Shown: piece after piece, positions 17,353 to 27,067 of the stretch
How positions within the stretch are numbered: the stretch's first letter is position 1
Layout of the letters: every line of letters begins with the position of its first letter
Source: Bacteroidales bacterium
GTDB lineage: Bacteria > Bacteroidota > Bacteroidia > Bacteroidales > UBA932
Reading direction: 5' to 3'
Assembly (NCBI GenBank): GCA_017478125.1
Contig: JAFVED010000093.1
Location: forward strand, 1 to 50,212
DNA: 50,212 nucleotides
The notes under the pieces: generated by a model
What the model saw: only the letters and a program-made list of their open reading frames with translations
The model's database searches: none
Told to the model about the DNA's origin: nothing
Made by a program: the position numbers and the translations under genes

Positions 17353-18708
17353 ATGAGACATTGTTTTTATTCCTTTATCGTCTTCACGGCTGTCATCATC
17401 TCCTCATGCGGCTCGGGCTCCCGCGTGAAGTATGCTGACCGCTTCGGCTTCCTCCCCGGGAACGACCCACTGTCCAACTCGGAGGCCCTCCAGCGGTGCC
17501 TGGATGGAGGCGGAGTCGTCAAGGTCAGGAAACCAGGCGTTTACGGGGTTTGCAAGACCATATTCCTGGACTCGGACACAAACCTGGAATTCGCGGAAGG
17601 AGTGGTTCTCAGAAGGGCCATGGGGCCGGACAGCACCTTCGCCCGCTATGTGTTCCTCAACCGGGGAGGCCTGACAAGGGAATATGATGAGAACATCTCT
17701 GTCCGGGGACTGAATATAAAGTGCGACGGACTGGAGCGCGGCAACGACATCCCGCCCATCGTGGGAATGATCTGCCAAGTCGGGTTCTTCTATGTCAAGA
17801 ATCTGGAAATCAAGGACTTCACCATCCTTGATCTGCCAAAACACGACTTCGGCATCCAGATTTGCTCCTTCGAGAACGCGCTGGTGGAGAATGTTAGGAT
17901 CGAGGGGATGAAAGACGCCGTCCATTTCGGGCCGGGCAAGGGATTCACCGTGCGTCACGGAGTGTTCAAGACATACGACGACCCGATCGCCCTCAACGCC
18001 CAGGACTACACCAACAGCAACCCGGAGATGGGCTGGATTGAGGACGGGCTTATCGAGGACTGCATAGAATTGGATGACCCAGAGCATGGCACTACCGGGT
18101 TTTTCGCTCGGCTGCTGGGAGGCGGCTGGAGAGACTGGGAGAGCGGGATGTCAATCCAGTCCTCTGGGGACGCTGTCGTGTCGGAAGGCCGTATCTACCG
18201 CTCCAACGGACCCACAGAAAAGAAGAGTTATACCTCAACAGATCGTCCTTCCCACATGTCTGGAACCGTTACCTATCCGGACGGAATCACATGGACCATG
18301 TCCCAGGACCGGAATATCTGCCACAGCTGCGGAGTCAGGAATGTCACCTTCCGGGACATCCGCCTCGGGAAAAAGCGCCCGGTCGCCTTCTGCCTCCATT
18401 ACGACCATGACCAGTTCTCCCGCAGTTATTATCCCCATTCTGAGATCCCGGTGATGGGAAACATTGTCTTTGAGAGGGTTACGGTGGAGAATGAGATCCC
18501 TGTCCTGATCCAGTGCCGCCCTGCGGCGGACAGCCTGATCCTGAGGGATTGCCGTCTCGGAAGCAGCAGGATAAGAATACTGGAGGCCATTGACGCTCCG
18601 GGGATGAGGTACGACACCACCCTTGTCCGCCTGGAGGGGATCGTTTGCGACGACCCGGCCAGCCTGGTCGACGCTCCCGCCCGTCCGGTCAAGGTGCTGA
18701 TGGATTAG
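17353..18708 (+). CDS. Parallel beta-helix (pectin-lyase fold/GH28-like) lipoprotein
   Basis: Lipobox ISSC; NSEALQRCLDGGG..PGVY beta-helix cap; KDAVHF and TYDDPIALNA segments. Confidence 0.7.
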   Translation: MRHCFYSFIVFTAVIISSCGSGSRVKYADRFGFLPGNDPLSNSEALQRCLDGGGVVKVRKPGVYGVCKTIFLDSDTNLEFAEGVVLRRAMGPDSTFARYVFLNRGGLTREYDENISVRGLNIKCDGLERGNDIPPIVGMICQVGFFYVKNLEIKDFTILDLPKHDFGIQICSFENALVENVRIEGMKDAVHFGPGKGFTVRHGVFKTYDDPIALNAQDYTNSNPEMGWIEDGLIEDCIELDDPEHGTTGFFARLLGGGWRDWESGMSIQSSGDAVVSEGRIYRSNGPTEKKSYTSTDRPSHMSGTVTYPDGITWTMSQDRNICHSCGVRNVTFRDIRLGKKRPVAFCLHYDHDQFSRSYYPHSEIPVMGNIVFERVTVENEIPVLIQCRPAADSLILRDCRLGSSRIRILEAIDAPGMRYDTTLVRLEGIVCDDPASLVDAPARPVKVLMD

Positions 18709-18723
18709 AAATAAGGGAAAAAG

Positions 18724-18797
18724 TGATTCCGTTGGGATTCGAACCCAAGACCCACAGCTTAGAAGGCTGTTGCTCTATCCAGCTGAGCTACGGAACC
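18724..18797 (-). tRNA. tRNA-Arg(TCT)
   Basis: GGTTCCGTAGCTCAGCTGGATAGAGCAACAGCCTTCTAAGCTGTGGGTCTTGGGTTCGAATCCCAACGGAATCA forms a cloverleaf with anticodon TCT; CCA is not encoded. An upstream TAACTTTG promoter element is present. Confidence 0.97.
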
Positions 18798-18893
18798 AGA
18801 GCTTTATTTAAAAGCAGTGCAAAGTTACTCTTTTTTCCTTTTAAACAAAAAATATTGGGAAAGCCCCGCTCGAAACGCGTAATTTTGCTGCCA

Positions 18894-20597
18894 ATGAAGA
18901 AGAGAAAGCTTATACAATTGTTTTTGTTATTGTTTGTCGCCCTGCCAGCGCTGGCGTCGTGCGGGTCTGACGAATTTGGAATAGAAAACCCGACCATCGG
19001 CTGGTTCAACCGGAATCACTCCCCGAGACCGTCGGATATTCCTGTCTCAAAAGGAGCGTACAAGCACGTGATTATCATCGGAGTAGATGGAGGTGGCGCA
19101 TTCTTCAGCAACACCTCAACTCCCAGGATGGACGAGATATTCAAGAGCGGGGCCGTATCTTACAGGACCAAGACATCATTTCCCACTATCAGCGCCCAAT
19201 GCTGGGGTTCGATGCTCCATTCTGTCCTTCCCGAGTTCCACAGGCTGACCAACGGCACGGTGACTGGCAAGCCATTCAAGCCGGACAGCCCCTTCCCTTC
19301 AATATTCAGGATAGTCAGGGAGGCCTGTCCCGACGCCGCTCTTGCCTCGTATTGCAACTGGAACCCGATCAATATCGGCATCATCGAGGACAATCTCGGT
19401 GTGGTGAAAGGCACCGGAAATGACCCTGAGGTCGCGGACAACGCGGTTTCGTCTATCATGTCGGATAATCCAACCCTTCTCTTTGTGCAGTTCGATTCTG
19501 TGGACGGGGCGGGTCACGGCAACGGATATGGATCTGAACGGCACCTGGCCGCCATCACAGCGGTTGACGCCTTGATCGGGAATATCTATGACGCCGTGAA
19601 GAGGAAGGGCATCCAGGATGAGACTCTGTTCATCGTGTCCGCCGACCACGGTGGCACTCCTCAAGGATCCCACGGAGGAGACACCGAAGCCGAGAGGTAT
19701 GTCTTCCTCGGGGTCGCCGGAAAGACCGTCGTAGAAGGTGGCCAGATCCAGGAGCCTGAGGTCAGGGACATATCGGCGATCTCAGCCTACGCCTTAGGGC
19801 TGGACTTCCCTCAGACCTGGACAGGAATAGTCCCCGGAGGCCTTTTCCAAGGCGTTGAGGCTATGGAGCGCCACGAGATGGAGCCCGAGGATATTCCCGT
19901 GTCTGAGAACCGTAAGCACAAGACGGAAACCACCCCGGATCTTGACAAGGTCAAGTCTCTTCTCGAAGGTCACGATGTCATAACGTATCTTCCTCTTGAC
20001 GGGAATGAGAAAGACGCTCTCGGCAATGTCGAGACCGCCGCGACGGGCAAGCTTTACTACTCTGACGCTTATTACGGAACCGGGGCGGACATGTCTGACG
20101 GGTATATAACCCTTAAAGATATATCGGTCGGAAACAATTCATTCTCAATAGCTTTTTGGATAAAGACAAACGGAGTCTCATCAGACCCGTGCATCATCTC
20201 GAACAAGAATTGGAAATGGGGCGGCAACAACGGGTTCGTGTTGTCGATCCGGGACGATGAGGACATCAAGTTCAACGCCGGATTCAGTGGAGACAGGTTG
20301 GACGCCGGATCATGGTTGCCTCTTGATTACAAGGAAGGCTGGATGCACGTCATCCTTGTCGTGGACAGGAAAAACAACAAGATCAAGATGTACTTTGACT
20401 TCTCCTTGGATCTGGAATACACGATCCCGGAGCAGTTAAGAAATGTCTCCTACGATGCCCTTGACATGAATATCGGCCAGGACGGCACAGGCAAGTACAA
20501 CGCCAGTCTGGCGGCCCAGCTGGACGAGATCATCATCACAGCGGACGCTTTTAGCGACGTGGATGTCGCCAAGCTAAAGGCTTATTACACAAAGTAA
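18894..20597 (+). CDS. Alkaline phosphatase-superfamily lipoprotein with C-terminal LamG/ConA-like domain (start corrected to MKKRK)
   Basis: Lipobox LASC; IGVDG, PTISAQCW, DGAGHG and SADHGG...HGG motifs; C-terminal FSIAFWIK...WMHVILVVDR...IGQDG...LDE (LamG). TAATTTTG promoter element upstream. Confidence 0.85.
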   Translation: MKKRKLIQLFLLLFVALPALASCGSDEFGIENPTIGWFNRNHSPRPSDIPVSKGAYKHVIIIGVDGGGAFFSNTSTPRMDEIFKSGAVSYRTKTSFPTISAQCWGSMLHSVLPEFHRLTNGTVTGKPFKPDSPFPSIFRIVREACPDAALASYCNWNPINIGIIEDNLGVVKGTGNDPEVADNAVSSIMSDNPTLLFVQFDSVDGAGHGNGYGSERHLAAITAVDALIGNIYDAVKRKGIQDETLFIVSADHGGTPQGSHGGDTEAERYVFLGVAGKTVVEGGQIQEPEVRDISAISAYALGLDFPQTWTGIVPGGLFQGVEAMERHEMEPEDIPVSENRKHKTETTPDLDKVKSLLEGHDVITYLPLDGNEKDALGNVETAATGKLYYSDAYYGTGADMSDGYITLKDISVGNNSFSIAFWIKTNGVSSDPCIISNKNWKWGGNNGFVLSIRDDEDIKFNAGFSGDRLDAGSWLPLDYKEGWMHVILVVDRKNNKIKMYFDFSLDLEYTIPEQLRNVSYDALDMNIGQDGTGKYNASLAAQLDEIIITADAFSDVDVAKLKAYYTK

Positions 20598-20599
20598 TA

Positions 20600-21490
20600 T
20601 CAGGAACTCCGACGCCTTGTCATCAGTTCCAGGGCGAGAACGAGTCCGGCGCCTACAAGAGCCCAGGCGACGGCTCCTCCGATGTGGAGCGTACCCGCAG
20701 GGGTTCCAGTGAGAATATTGGCGGCCTCGCGGGCGGCGGTGTCGGCCCAGGGCCATACTTTCACGAGCGCCCCGAGAGTGAAACCGATAAGGACCAGCAA
20801 GGTGGGTTTCTCATGCCTACCGATCAACCAGTGGAGGAACTTCGAGAAGGCGACTATCCCGATGACGCAACCGAGGGCGAAAACAACCAGCACGGGAATG
20901 TCCAACTCGCTGACAGCCTTCATGATATACTCATATTTCCCGAGCAGGACAAGGATGAAGCTCCCGGAGATTCCGGGCAGGATCATCGTGCAGATGGCGA
21001 TCGCTCCGCAGACGGCGATGAACCACGTGGCCGAGGTGGTCTCCGTGGGAGAAAGGAGGCAGATGACCGCCCCGAGGGCTATCCCGAGAATAAGCCAGAG
21101 AACATCTCCCGCCTTCCAGCCTTTGATGTCCGAGAGCATGAATACCGCCGAGACGATGATCAGGCCGAAAAAGAAGGCCCACGTCTGGACCGGGTAGTGA
21201 GACAGGACATATCCCATCAGCTTGGCGAGCGAGAACACGCTGATAACCACGCCGACAGCCAGCCACAGAAGAAAGGTTCCCCGGATGGATTTCCAGAATC
21301 CCTTGAAGTCTCCTTTAAGGAGGAGTTTCCACGAGGACACGCTAAGGACGGCGTTCAGCGCCTCGATAAGCTCATTGAATATCCCCGTGAGAAGGGCTAT
21401 AGTGCCGCCCGACACACCGGGGATAACATTGGCCGCGCCCATGGCGAAACCCTTGAGCGCTACAACGATATTCTTGATCATGCCGGACAT
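20600..21490 (-). CDS. DUF368 membrane protein
   Basis: GAANVIPGVSGGTIA and MILPGISGSFIL signatures; multiple TM helices. Confidence 0.9.
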   Translation of the reverse strand: MSGMIKNIVVALKGFAMGAANVIPGVSGGTIALLTGIFNELIEALNAVLSVSSWKLLLKGDFKGFWKSIRGTFLLWLAVGVVISVFSLAKLMGYVLSHYPVQTWAFFFGLIIVSAVFMLSDIKGWKAGDVLWLILGIALGAVICLLSPTETTSATWFIAVCGAIAICTMILPGISGSFILVLLGKYEYIMKAVSELDIPVLVVFALGCVIGIVAFSKFLHWLIGRHEKPTLLVLIGFTLGALVKVWPWADTAAREAANILTGTPAGTLHIGGAVAWALVGAGLVLALELMTRRRSS

Positions 21491-21493
21491 CGG

Positions 21494-22027
21494 TTACTGG
21501 ATCTTTCCGAGATATACCTTCATGGCGTTGAAACTGTCCAGCTGGGACAGGTCCTTTCCGGCAGGATCGGAGACCACAAGGTCGAACAGGTCGCCGCCAA
21601 GCTGCTTGCGCCCGATCTTGAAACGGGCCTTGGAAGTCCGGGCCATATACTCGATGGCGAAGTCCGGTTCTTTGATCAGCGAGATGAACACATCCGGAGC
21701 CCGCTCCTCAAGAACGCCCATCTTATACTTGTTCGGCCGTCCGAGCCAGTCGAGGTCTTTCTTGGTGATCGTGGTCTGGATACTGGTGATCAACCGGTCC
21801 TCGCTCCCGATCTTGCGGAAATCCTGGAAAAACACGGCACCGTTGATGTCCATGCTACGGAAATAATTCATTATCGTAGACTTGCAAGTGTCAAACGAGG
21901 AATCCTCGACATCGATTATCGCTACGTATGTCTTGATTTTTGACAATGGCAGGATCTCTGTGGTAACGGTGCTGGCGTGCCTCCTGAGACTCCTTTTCCT
22001 GAATATATTCTTTATAAAATCAAACAT
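21494..22027 (-). CDS. Conserved Bacteroidetes hypothetical protein (DUF6913-like)
   Basis: KKDLDWLGRP and SKARFKIG motifs; co-oriented and tightly packed with its neighbours. Confidence 0.65.
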   Translation of the reverse strand: MFDFIKNIFRKRSLRRHASTVTTEILPLSKIKTYVAIIDVEDSSFDTCKSTIMNYFRSMDINGAVFFQDFRKIGSEDRLITSIQTTITKKDLDWLGRPNKYKMGVLEERAPDVFISLIKEPDFAIEYMARTSKARFKIGRKQLGGDLFDLVVSDPAGKDLSQLDSFNAMKVYLGKIQ

Positions 22028-22030
22028 GGC

Positions 22031-23026
22031 TTAAACATTGACAGAAGAGATAAGCTGCCGGATCTGGGCTTTGGCATCCTTCCAGCGAGGGACATCAATC
22101 TTGGTTCCGACGACCTCCACGACCTTCGCAGCAATTATCGAGCCGACCTCGCCGCACACTCTCAGAGGCAGTCCCAAAGAATGGGCATAGAGGAAGCCGG
22201 CGGCATAAGTGTCCCCTGCCCCGGTGGCGTCAACCGTTGCCGCAGGCCAAGCCTCAATGTAGTGATATTCATCACCTTTCTGAACCATGGAGCCATCCTT
22301 GCCAACCTTGACAACAGCGATCTCGCAACTGGATGCGAGATCCGCCAAAGCCTCCCTGGGCTCCTTCTTTGTGAACGCGCGGGCCTCCGACTCGTTGGCG
22401 AAAACGATGTCGATATACCTGTCCACGAGATTGTGGAAAAAGGCCTCGTTGGATTCCACGACATTATACGAGGCCATGTCTATCGATATTTTGCAGCCGG
22501 CCTCCCTGGCCATCTGTACCGCCTTGCGGATAAGATCCTGGTTCTGCACAAGGTAGCCTTCAATGTGGAAATAATCATAACCCTCGAAATACTCCGGCTT
22601 CAAATCCTCCGGAACCAGCTCCAGCGCGGCTCCCATATAATCGGCGAAAGTCCTCTCGGCGTTGGCTCCTGTGATAAAGCACATCGCCCTGCCTGACCCT
22701 TTGGAGCCCTCAAGCAGGGTCGTCTTGACACCGGACTGCTCGAGGGTGCTCTTGTAGAGATGGCCGAGCTCGTCATTTCCGATCTTCCCGATGAAACAGG
22801 AAGGCATCCCGAATATCGATGTGCAGGTGATGGTGTTGGCCGCGGACCCACCGGGGACATATTTCACACCATATTCCTTCAATTTGGACCAAATCTGGTC
22901 TCCTGTCTCCAAATCAACATGTTGCATGCTCCCGGGGGGAAGGTGATACTCCTTGAGCATGCTCTCGTCAGGAAAGACGGCGAGAATGTCTGTAAGGGCG
23001 TTCCCTATTCCTAAAATTGATTTCAT
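22031..23026 (-). CDS. PfkB-family carbohydrate/adenosine kinase
   Basis: GIGNALTD, GGSAANT, FANESEA and DATGAGD motifs. Confidence 0.92.
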   Translation of the reverse strand: MKSILGIGNALTDILAVFPDESMLKEYHLPPGSMQHVDLETGDQIWSKLKEYGVKYVPGGSAANTITCTSIFGMPSCFIGKIGNDELGHLYKSTLEQSGVKTTLLEGSKGSGRAMCFITGANAERTFADYMGAALELVPEDLKPEYFEGYDYFHIEGYLVQNQDLIRKAVQMAREAGCKISIDMASYNVVESNEAFFHNLVDRYIDIVFANESEARAFTKKEPREALADLASSCEIAVVKVGKDGSMVQKGDEYHYIEAWPAATVDATGAGDTYAAGFLYAHSLGLPLRVCGEVGSIIAAKVVEVVGTKIDVPRWKDAKAQIRQLISSVNV

Positions 23027-23093
23027 AAAGCAAAATGAGCGTTATCACCTCACAATCTACAAATTTAAGGATTATTTGATTAAATTTGTTACC

Positions 23094-24161
23094 ATGAACA
23101 AGAAGGTAGGGAATATTCTCAAGTATGGACTCTCAATCCTGCTTGCAGTAGCGCTGTTGTATTTCGCGTTCCGAAAGGTGGACTGGAAAGATTTCTGGGC
23201 CGCCTTGAGAGCCTGTCGCTGGGAATATGTACTCCTTTCTGTTTTTTTCGGCCTTCTCACTTTCTATCTGAGGGCTCTCCGCTGGAGGGAGATCCTGCTG
23301 CCTATTGACCCGTCCACCAGGACCTTGAGTTGTTTCAATGGTGTGAATATCGGCTATGCCGTGAATATGGTGCTTCCAAGGGTGGGAGAGGTGCTCAGAT
23401 GCACTTATATCACGGCTCACTCAAAGAAAGTCACGGATCCTCAGACCGGGGAGGATAGGAGGTTGGCTTCGTTTGACAAGGTGATAGGGACAGCGGTTCT
23501 CGAGAGGACTGTCGATGTGATCATCATGCTCGCCGTACTTGTCGTCTTCCTGCCTTTCACATGGGACAAATACGGAGGCTTCTTTGTCGAGAAGATATTC
23601 GGGGCGGCTTCAGGCGGAGTGACATTCAGAAAGGTCATCATCCTCGTCCTTGTCCTATTGGCTTTGGCGGTCTCCGCATGGGTAGTGATACGCTTCTCGG
23701 AAAGATGGAAGCCCCTGGGCAAGATAAAGGACTTCTGCAAGGGCATCTGGCAGGGATTCGTCAGCTGCCTCAGGATGAAGAGGGCATGGTGGTTCTTTCT
23801 CCTGACCCTGCTTATCTGGGTATGCTACTGGATGATGAGTGCGACCATCCTGTGGGCTGTGCAGGGGATCGACACGGCAGCCGTCCCAGACGCTCTGGCC
23901 TCCGCTGTCAGTCTCACCCAAAACATGAACATGGCCGACGCCCTATTCCTTATGCTTGCCGGCGCCCTCTCATCCGTAGTCCCGGTACCCGGGGGATTCG
24001 GCGCCTTCCACTTCATCGTGGCCGGAGCCATCTCCTATGTCTACGGATTACCCTTCGAGTTCGGGATCATCTTCGCGACCCTTTCTCACGAGTCCCAGGA
24101 GCTCAACCAACTTGTTTGGGGTGGTATCTCTTTTATTATTGAGCAATTCAGAAAAGATTAG
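23094..24161 (+). CDS. Lysylphosphatidylglycerol synthase TM / flippase-like membrane protein
   Basis: LRALRW, N.VLPRVGEVLR and PVPGGFGAFH motifs. ATG at 23094 follows a TAAATTTG element. Confidence 0.85.
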   Translation: MNKKVGNILKYGLSILLAVALLYFAFRKVDWKDFWAALRACRWEYVLLSVFFGLLTFYLRALRWREILLPIDPSTRTLSCFNGVNIGYAVNMVLPRVGEVLRCTYITAHSKKVTDPQTGEDRRLASFDKVIGTAVLERTVDVIIMLAVLVVFLPFTWDKYGGFFVEKIFGAASGGVTFRKVIILVLVLLALAVSAWVVIRFSERWKPLGKIKDFCKGIWQGFVSCLRMKRAWWFFLLTLLIWVCYWMMSATILWAVQGIDTAAVPDALASAVSLTQNMNMADALFLMLAGALSSVVPVPGGFGAFHFIVAGAISYVYGLPFEFGIIFATLSHESQELNQLVWGGISFIIEQFRKD

Positions 24162-24163
24162 AT

Positions 24164-27067
24164 ATGAGATCTTTAAGGTTATTGATCGCTATCGCGGCCT
24201 TGGCACTCCTGCCGTTGACAAGCAATGTCATGGCACAGACCAAGCTGTCCTCGAAGCAGCTCTATTCCCAATTCCAGAATCCCGACACCCGCTACCGTCC
24301 CTTTGTCAGGTGGTGGTGGAACGGCGACCGCGTCACAGCGGAAGAGCTTATCCGTGAGCTTCATATCATGAAAGAAGCCGGAATAGGTGGCGTGGAGATC
24401 AATCCTATCGAGTTCCCGGCGGGAGACGACACCCTGGACACGAAGCCCCTGAAGTGGCTCAGCGACGAATGGATAGATATGCTCAAGGTGGTATTCGACG
24501 AGGCCGGGAAGATAGGAATGACTTGTGACCTGATCATCGGTTCCGGGTGGCCCTTCGGAGCGGAGAGCCTTCCGAGGGACGAGAGGGCGGAAGTGCTCCT
24601 GACCTATGCCAAAGAAGTCCCCGCCGGGGAGACCCTGGAGATGTCTTTATTCCATCTCTATAAAACGCTGGATCCCGGAGTCACGATTGTCAACCCGCGC
24701 CGTGTCCCCGAACTTGTATCCATCTTCCTGGCCCCGGATCCCATCGGCAGCCTGGATGACGCGATAGACCTGTCTGGCAAGATAAAGGACGGGGTCTTGA
24801 CCGTGGATGTTCCTGAAGGCAAATGGCAGCTCTACGCCATGGTTAAATTCGACTCGTTCGCCAGCGTGATCAACGGTGCTCCGGGAGCGGCCGGATCCAT
24901 TTTGAATCACATGGACGCGACTGCCGTCAGGCATTACCTTGACCATATGACCGACACCATCGAGAAAAGAATAGGCCCCGTCTCCGGCCGGGTGAGAGCC
25001 CTGTTTATCGACAGCATGGAGCTTGAGGGCAACAACTGGACATCGGATTTCGCCAAGATATTCAAGGAAAGGAGAGGTTATGACGTGCTGCCTTGGCTGC
25101 CTTTCACAATGTTTGAGGTCGGAAGGCTGGGAGACGTGATCAGTTTCGAATACGGATGCGCCAAGAGCCCCGGATTCCAGGAACAGGTGGACCGTGTCAG
25201 GTTCGACTTCGAGCTGACCAAGGCGGAGCTGCTCAATGAGCGTTTCTACGGCACCGTGCGCGAATGGAGCCGAGATAACGGTTTCAAAACCAGGGCACAA
25301 GCCTACGGAAGAGGATTCTTCCCTCTCGAGAGCTCACTCGGGATAGACTTCCCGGAAGGAGAGTCGTGGACGACCAACTGGCTGAGACACAGGATTGGAG
25401 AGGAGATGGGAGACGAGGATTACAGGCGAGGGAGAGGCTACACGATGATCAACAAGTATGTCTCCTCAGCCGCCCATCTGACCGGGAAGAGAGTGATCAG
25501 CGCGGAAGAGATGACCAACACCTACAAAGTGTTCACCACCTCGCTGGAATTCCTGAAAGTCGGCTCGGACATGAGCGCGATCTCCGGTGTTACCCACTCT
25601 GTCTGGCATGGGTTCAACTACTCTCCCTTGGAGGCAGAGTTCCCTGGCTGGGTCCAATACGGGACTTTCCATAATGAGAGAAACACATGGTGGCCGTATG
25701 TCAAGAACCTCAACGACTACCGGGCCCGCATAGCCAGCCAGCTCCAGAACGCTGATATGTACACCGACATCGCCATCCTGCCAGCCAACTACGACATGTG
25801 GAGCGCGATGGGGGTACAGACCGAGCCGTTCCCTGTCAAGTTGAACGTCCCCTACACCTCCCTGATCTGGGAAGCGATCCACAAGACTGGCGGCGGCGCC
25901 GATTATGTCAGCGAGATAATCCTCGACAACGCGACCGTCAAAAACGGGAAACTTTGCTACGGGCCCAAGGAACACGGGACCCTGCTCATTGTGGAGGTCA
26001 CGAGCACGACTCCCCAGACCCTGGCCAAGATTGAGGAGTTCGTCAGGCAGGGAGGCCGGGTCTTCTGCGTCGGCAAGTATCCCGAGAAGTCGCTGGGGCT
26101 CAAGGACTTCAAGATCCGAGACAAGGAGATAGCCGATGGAGTCGGGCGCCTCAAGGCATACAAAGACAATTTCATCCTTCTCGAGAAGCCGGAGGACGGC
26201 AAGTATCTCGAATGGTATGAGGGTGTCATGGAGAAGTATTCCCTGCCACATTCAATAGACGTGTCAGACCCTGACCGTTTCCTGCTGCTGGACCGTTATG
26301 TCACGGATGACAAATCGGACATATTCATGGTCATGAACGCCCACATGAGCGAGGCTCGTGAGACAGACCTGCGGTTCCCTAAATCAATCACTTCCGGCAA
26401 ACACGCCTGGATCTATGATCCCTCTTCCGGAACCCGGTTCCCCCTGCGGCTGGACAAGAACGGGAAAGCCCATTTCCGTTTCGGCCCCTCCGAGACCTAT
26501 CTCATCGTTTTCAACAAGGACGGCCGCGCCTCCGGCCCGGCTCCGGTACTACATAACCCCACCTCCTCTGTCATCCTGAAGCCTGCCTTGAGCTTGCCTA
26601 AGGGCGAAGCCAGGGATCTTGGCGAAGCCAGAGGCCCTTGGAACCTCACCCTCCACCATCCCCAACTCGACAAGACTTGGACAGCCAGCCTTGACACCCT
26701 CCAGGATTTCAAGGATATGGCCGACACGACTTTCAAGAATTTCATGGGGACGGTCATCTACAAAACCACGTTATCTCTTGACGGAAAGGACCTTCCGAAG
26801 TACATCGACCTCGGAAAGGTGGCCGACATCTGTGAACTTAAGGTCAATGGCAAAGACGCCGGGACGATGTGGTTCGGAGAGAGGATTTACGACATTTCCC
26901 CTTATGTGAGAGCCGGGGAGAACACCCTTGAGGTGAAAGTGACCACTTTGATGGGTAACTATATTCAGACATTGAAGGATAACAGGGTTGCCCAGCGCTT
27001 CGTCTTGAGGCGTAACCAACCCTATGTGTCCGCAGGATTAATTGGACCAGTAAAATTGTACAAATGA
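24164..27067 (+). CDS. GH106-family alpha-L-rhamnosidase
   Basis: RPFVRWWWNG, GIGGVEI, GSGWPFG, FIDSMELEG and FKERRGYD motifs; signal peptide; C-terminal beta-sandwich. Confidence 0.85.
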   Translation: MRSLRLLIAIAALALLPLTSNVMAQTKLSSKQLYSQFQNPDTRYRPFVRWWWNGDRVTAEELIRELHIMKEAGIGGVEINPIEFPAGDDTLDTKPLKWLSDEWIDMLKVVFDEAGKIGMTCDLIIGSGWPFGAESLPRDERAEVLLTYAKEVPAGETLEMSLFHLYKTLDPGVTIVNPRRVPELVSIFLAPDPIGSLDDAIDLSGKIKDGVLTVDVPEGKWQLYAMVKFDSFASVINGAPGAAGSILNHMDATAVRHYLDHMTDTIEKRIGPVSGRVRALFIDSMELEGNNWTSDFAKIFKERRGYDVLPWLPFTMFEVGRLGDVISFEYGCAKSPGFQEQVDRVRFDFELTKAELLNERFYGTVREWSRDNGFKTRAQAYGRGFFPLESSLGIDFPEGESWTTNWLRHRIGEEMGDEDYRRGRGYTMINKYVSSAAHLTGKRVISAEEMTNTYKVFTTSLEFLKVGSDMSAISGVTHSVWHGFNYSPLEAEFPGWVQYGTFHNERNTWWPYVKNLNDYRARIASQLQNADMYTDIAILPANYDMWSAMGVQTEPFPVKLNVPYTSLIWEAIHKTGGGADYVSEIILDNATVKNGKLCYGPKEHGTLLIVEVTSTTPQTLAKIEEFVRQGGRVFCVGKYPEKSLGLKDFKIRDKEIADGVGRLKAYKDNFILLEKPEDGKYLEWYEGVMEKYSLPHSIDVSDPDRFLLLDRYVTDDKSDIFMVMNAHMSEARETDLRFPKSITSGKHAWIYDPSSGTRFPLRLDKNGKAHFRFGPSETYLIVFNKDGRASGPAPVLHNPTSSVILKPALSLPKGEARDLGEARGPWNLTLHHPQLDKTWTASLDTLQDFKDMADTTFKNFMGTVIYKTTLSLDGKDLPKYIDLGKVADICELKVNGKDAGTMWFGERIYDISPYVRAGENTLEVKVTTLMGNYIQTLKDNRVAQRFVLRRNQPYVSAGLIGPVKLYK
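26570..26619 (+). repeat. 50-bp (26+24) nested form of the repeat, in-frame in GH106
   Basis: gtcatcctgaagc ctgccttgagc ttgcctaagggc gaagccagggatct, encoding VILKPALSLPKGEARDL. Confidence 0.8.

Noticed and set aside
18724-18797. tRNA-Arg as an integration site for an island
   Set aside because: I found no duplicated tRNA 3' end, integrase or clear compositional break nearby (visual search only).
18645-18893. N-terminal extension of the 650-aa ORF
   Set aside because: It runs across the tRNA-Arg gene; the signal peptide and promoter element place the start at 18894.
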